Shown here piece after piece: positions 61,451-64,000 of a stretch of 64,000 nucleotides of DNA; the first letter of the stretch is position 1, and every line of letters begins with the position of its first letter. The translations under genes and the position numbers were made by a program. Source of the DNA: Antechinus flavipes (taxonomy: Eukaryota). The notes under the pieces are model-generated. The model was not told the origin of the DNA, did not search any database, and worked only from the letters and a program-made list of their open reading frames with translations. The stretch lies in contig NC_067403.1 in assembly GCF_016432865.1 (NCBI RefSeq), forward strand, positions 250,666,001 through 250,730,000, given 5' to 3'.

Positions 61451-62207
61451 TTGAGATAGAGGTCCTTTTACTAATAACATGGAGAAAGTTCTCCCTTTAA
61501 TGTTGTATGGTCCATTAGGACTTCTGTAGTCAATGAGGATTTTCCATTCAATCTGGTCCAAAATGCAAGTCCACTTAAATTAGTTTCTTTTAAATGTACT
61601 TCAAAGGAGGCTAATTTTCATGGGGAAAAAAAATGTTGTGTGTGTCGATAGTCACATCTATCTATCTATCTGTCTAATCTATATATACATATTTTTATAT
61701 GCCAATATACATATTACATGTATATGTGTATCTATATATAAGGCATATACATGTATGCATATACATAAATACACATGCATTTTTATGTATACACACATAT
61801 ATCAGCATATGCATTCGTGTGTATATATTTTGAATGGGCTTTTTTTTTTTCATATTCTTTTCCAAACTTAATAGAATGACTACTGCATGAGAGCAGTAAC
61901 CATGTTTCTGACTTAAAGAGAACCCATTGAAATAAACTTCCAGTTCTTATAACTTCCTTGTTCTCATTCCAATCTGTCCTTCACTCAGCTATCATCTTGT
62001 TCTGATTGAGGCACAGATTGGATCATGTTATTCCCTATTTAATAAATTTAACTAAATGATCCCTCAAATATACCCTTTTCATATAGCCAAAAAAGGATGG
62101 TGTATTCCCTTCATTGCTCCCAAATTGCTCATTTCATTTTGCTAGTACTTGCATGTATTTATATATACGCACACATGCAAAGATATATATATGTTTGTGT
62201 GTGTGTA

Positions 62208-63518
62208 TGATATACCACAGTTCCCTTTTAATGTCCTGACCCAGTTTCTCCATTATCCTATTTAATTACTCTGCCTCAGGTTGTGACCTTTCCCCCTTAA
62301 TGTTTGATGAGATAAAGGTTTTATAGCTTTAGGTTATAATCGTTCCTTCTTAATGTTTGAAAGGATAAAGATTTATCCATTTTAGACATCATTAGAATAT
62401 CAGTAACCTCTCCAGTACCTCCCTCCATTGTGTCATCCTAGGTGCCTCCCCCTATCAGGTTATCCCCATCCAGGATTGTTCTTGTTATCCTATAAAAATC
62501 TTGCCATCCCAGTACTCAGGGCTGGATTCTTTGAGGTGATAGTCTGGTCCAGCCCTGGGACCAAGATCCATTTGGTCCCAGTAAATCTCTCCATTTAACT
62601 ATTAAATTGGTCTCTAATCTCTGTCTGGCTCAGTTCCTCCAGCACTACATTTTGGAGGCTCCAGTGAGATATCAGGAACTGGGAATGGGACTAGGGGTTA
62701 GAGACATTTCAAGTCTCCACTTTGGGCCTGGAAACAGTTGGGGAATCTGGGTTTTCTCTTTCTTAGAAAAGGCTAGCCCTCTGGATTCCTTCAGAGGCTC
62801 CAGGAAGAGAGCAGTTCACCACCTGGGGCCACAACTGACAGTGGATACTTTCATTTCGGCCAGGAGAGAGTAAGTCCAATCTGATTTGTTTTTGTCTGTC
62901 TGTGTTAGCACTTGGATTCTCAGCTGATGGAATGATGAGCATTGAATTCTGAGAAGGTTATTATTCGGGACGCTGGATAATACCCTCTGGTTTTGTGTCT
63001 CCTAGACACCTGGTCTGATATTTGCTTGTGTTAACACTTGGGTTCTCAGAATAATAGGACACCTGACAGGTGTTAAAATTCTGAGAAGTAGTGTTGAACT
63101 GCACATAGTTGGCACTACCTGAGTATCTCCTAAGACACATTTGGTTCTGTGTGCCAATTGACACAACTCTGGGCATTCCAGAGTATAAATCTGGGTGTCT
63201 TTTTAAGACACGATTTGGCCCTGGTTTTGATGTCAATTTCTTACTGAATGTTGTAATTGTGCAGTCTAGGTGTGTTCTGTGTTCTGTGTGATTTGTTTGC
63301 CTGTTTTGTTAATTTTAAGAGTACTGTTAAATTTAAGAACAATGATCAAATTTGGGAATTGGTTATTTCAATACTGAACTCTAAATGGAGAAAACATTTG
63401 ATTAGGAATTTTAAGATGATTCTAAATTTGGGAAACAAATTTTACTGTTGCCTATGCTGGTTAGAATTAGTTATCTTTAAGTATAAGATCTTAAAAGAAC
63501 AATAGCTTATACTTATTC
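62208..63518 (+). mobile_element. ERV1-type provirus 5' end: LTR (62208-62649), tRNA-Thr PBS (62653-62670), leader; truncated
   Basis: LTR matches 30171-30670. PBS tggaggctccagtgagat matches the complement of the tRNA-Thr(UGU) 3' end (TGGAGGCCCCAGCGAGAT) with two transitions. No gag ORF or 3' LTR. Confidence 0.85.
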
Positions 63519-64000
63519 TTATAAGCATTGCGAATTTAGACAATTTAGTAATGTATTATATGATCATCTATTCTTTTATCTCGGTTAATCACACTCCTGA
63601 GACCAATCCATTCTAGAAAATTTCATTCTGTTTCTACTTAGGCAAGAAAATTCATAACCATTGCTTCTTTAGCCTATAATTTAATCATTCTTGAAAATAA
63701 GACCTTAGTTAGATACTTAGTCTCTCCAGTGTAGGGAACATATCCTGTGTCTATTGATCATCAAAATGGCCTTCAGCAGTTTCTCTTAGTTTTCTGCACA
63801 AATTGAACATTCCTTCCTAGCTTTTTAATCCCAATTTATCTAACAAGTTCTCTTTCAGCATATTTAGAATGGTTCCCCTGTTCTAGAATAAGCTAGGTGG
63901 TGGAGTAGAGTGCTAAACTTACAATCAGGAAGATTAAATTTAAATTAGGTTTTAGACTCTTATTTAAGCTTTTACTTTGGGTTATTATATCTCTGTTGAC

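Larger units (their letters stand above)
57648..64000 (-). repeat. Tandem duplication unit carrying OR5
   Basis: Collinear, high-identity copy of 50432-56760. Confidence 0.93.

Noticed and set aside
62653-62670. tRNA-Thr-complementary sequence
   Set aside because: It is a retroviral primer-binding site, not a tRNA gene. No tRNA or rRNA genes were recognised in the window.

Overview
AT-rich marsupial genomic DNA; the repeat content (Mar1 CORE-SINEs, marsupial L1 and ERV families) suggests a dasyurid such as the Tasmanian devil, which is inference only. The window is an olfactory receptor (OR) cluster with five intact single-exon class II OR genes most like family OR14: 13877-14896 (+), 23830-24783 (+), 39012-40001 (+), 51233-52237 (-) and 58471-59460 (-). 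They form two subfamilies produced by tandem (OR1/OR2, OR4/OR5) and inverted (OR3 vs OR4/5) segmental duplication. There is also a 173-bp OR fragment, a truncated OR upstream module with no gene, and a 180-N assembly gap. The rest is nested L1, ERV/LTR, SINE, L2/L3 and hAT relics. Main observations: (1) all five receptors lack the second ECL2 cysteine pair and the conserved TM6 His; (2) an 18-bp homeodomain+O/E(EBF) composite, YTAATTAYWCTCAAGGGA, lies upstream of all five genes; (3) several short locally templated insertions and duplications recur; (4) an 8-kb nested L1/ERV composite contains an in-frame tandem endonuclease and an ERV with beta-like pol and gamma-type env. I found no evidence of a wholly new gene system. 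All identities are by-eye estimates and no database search was run.
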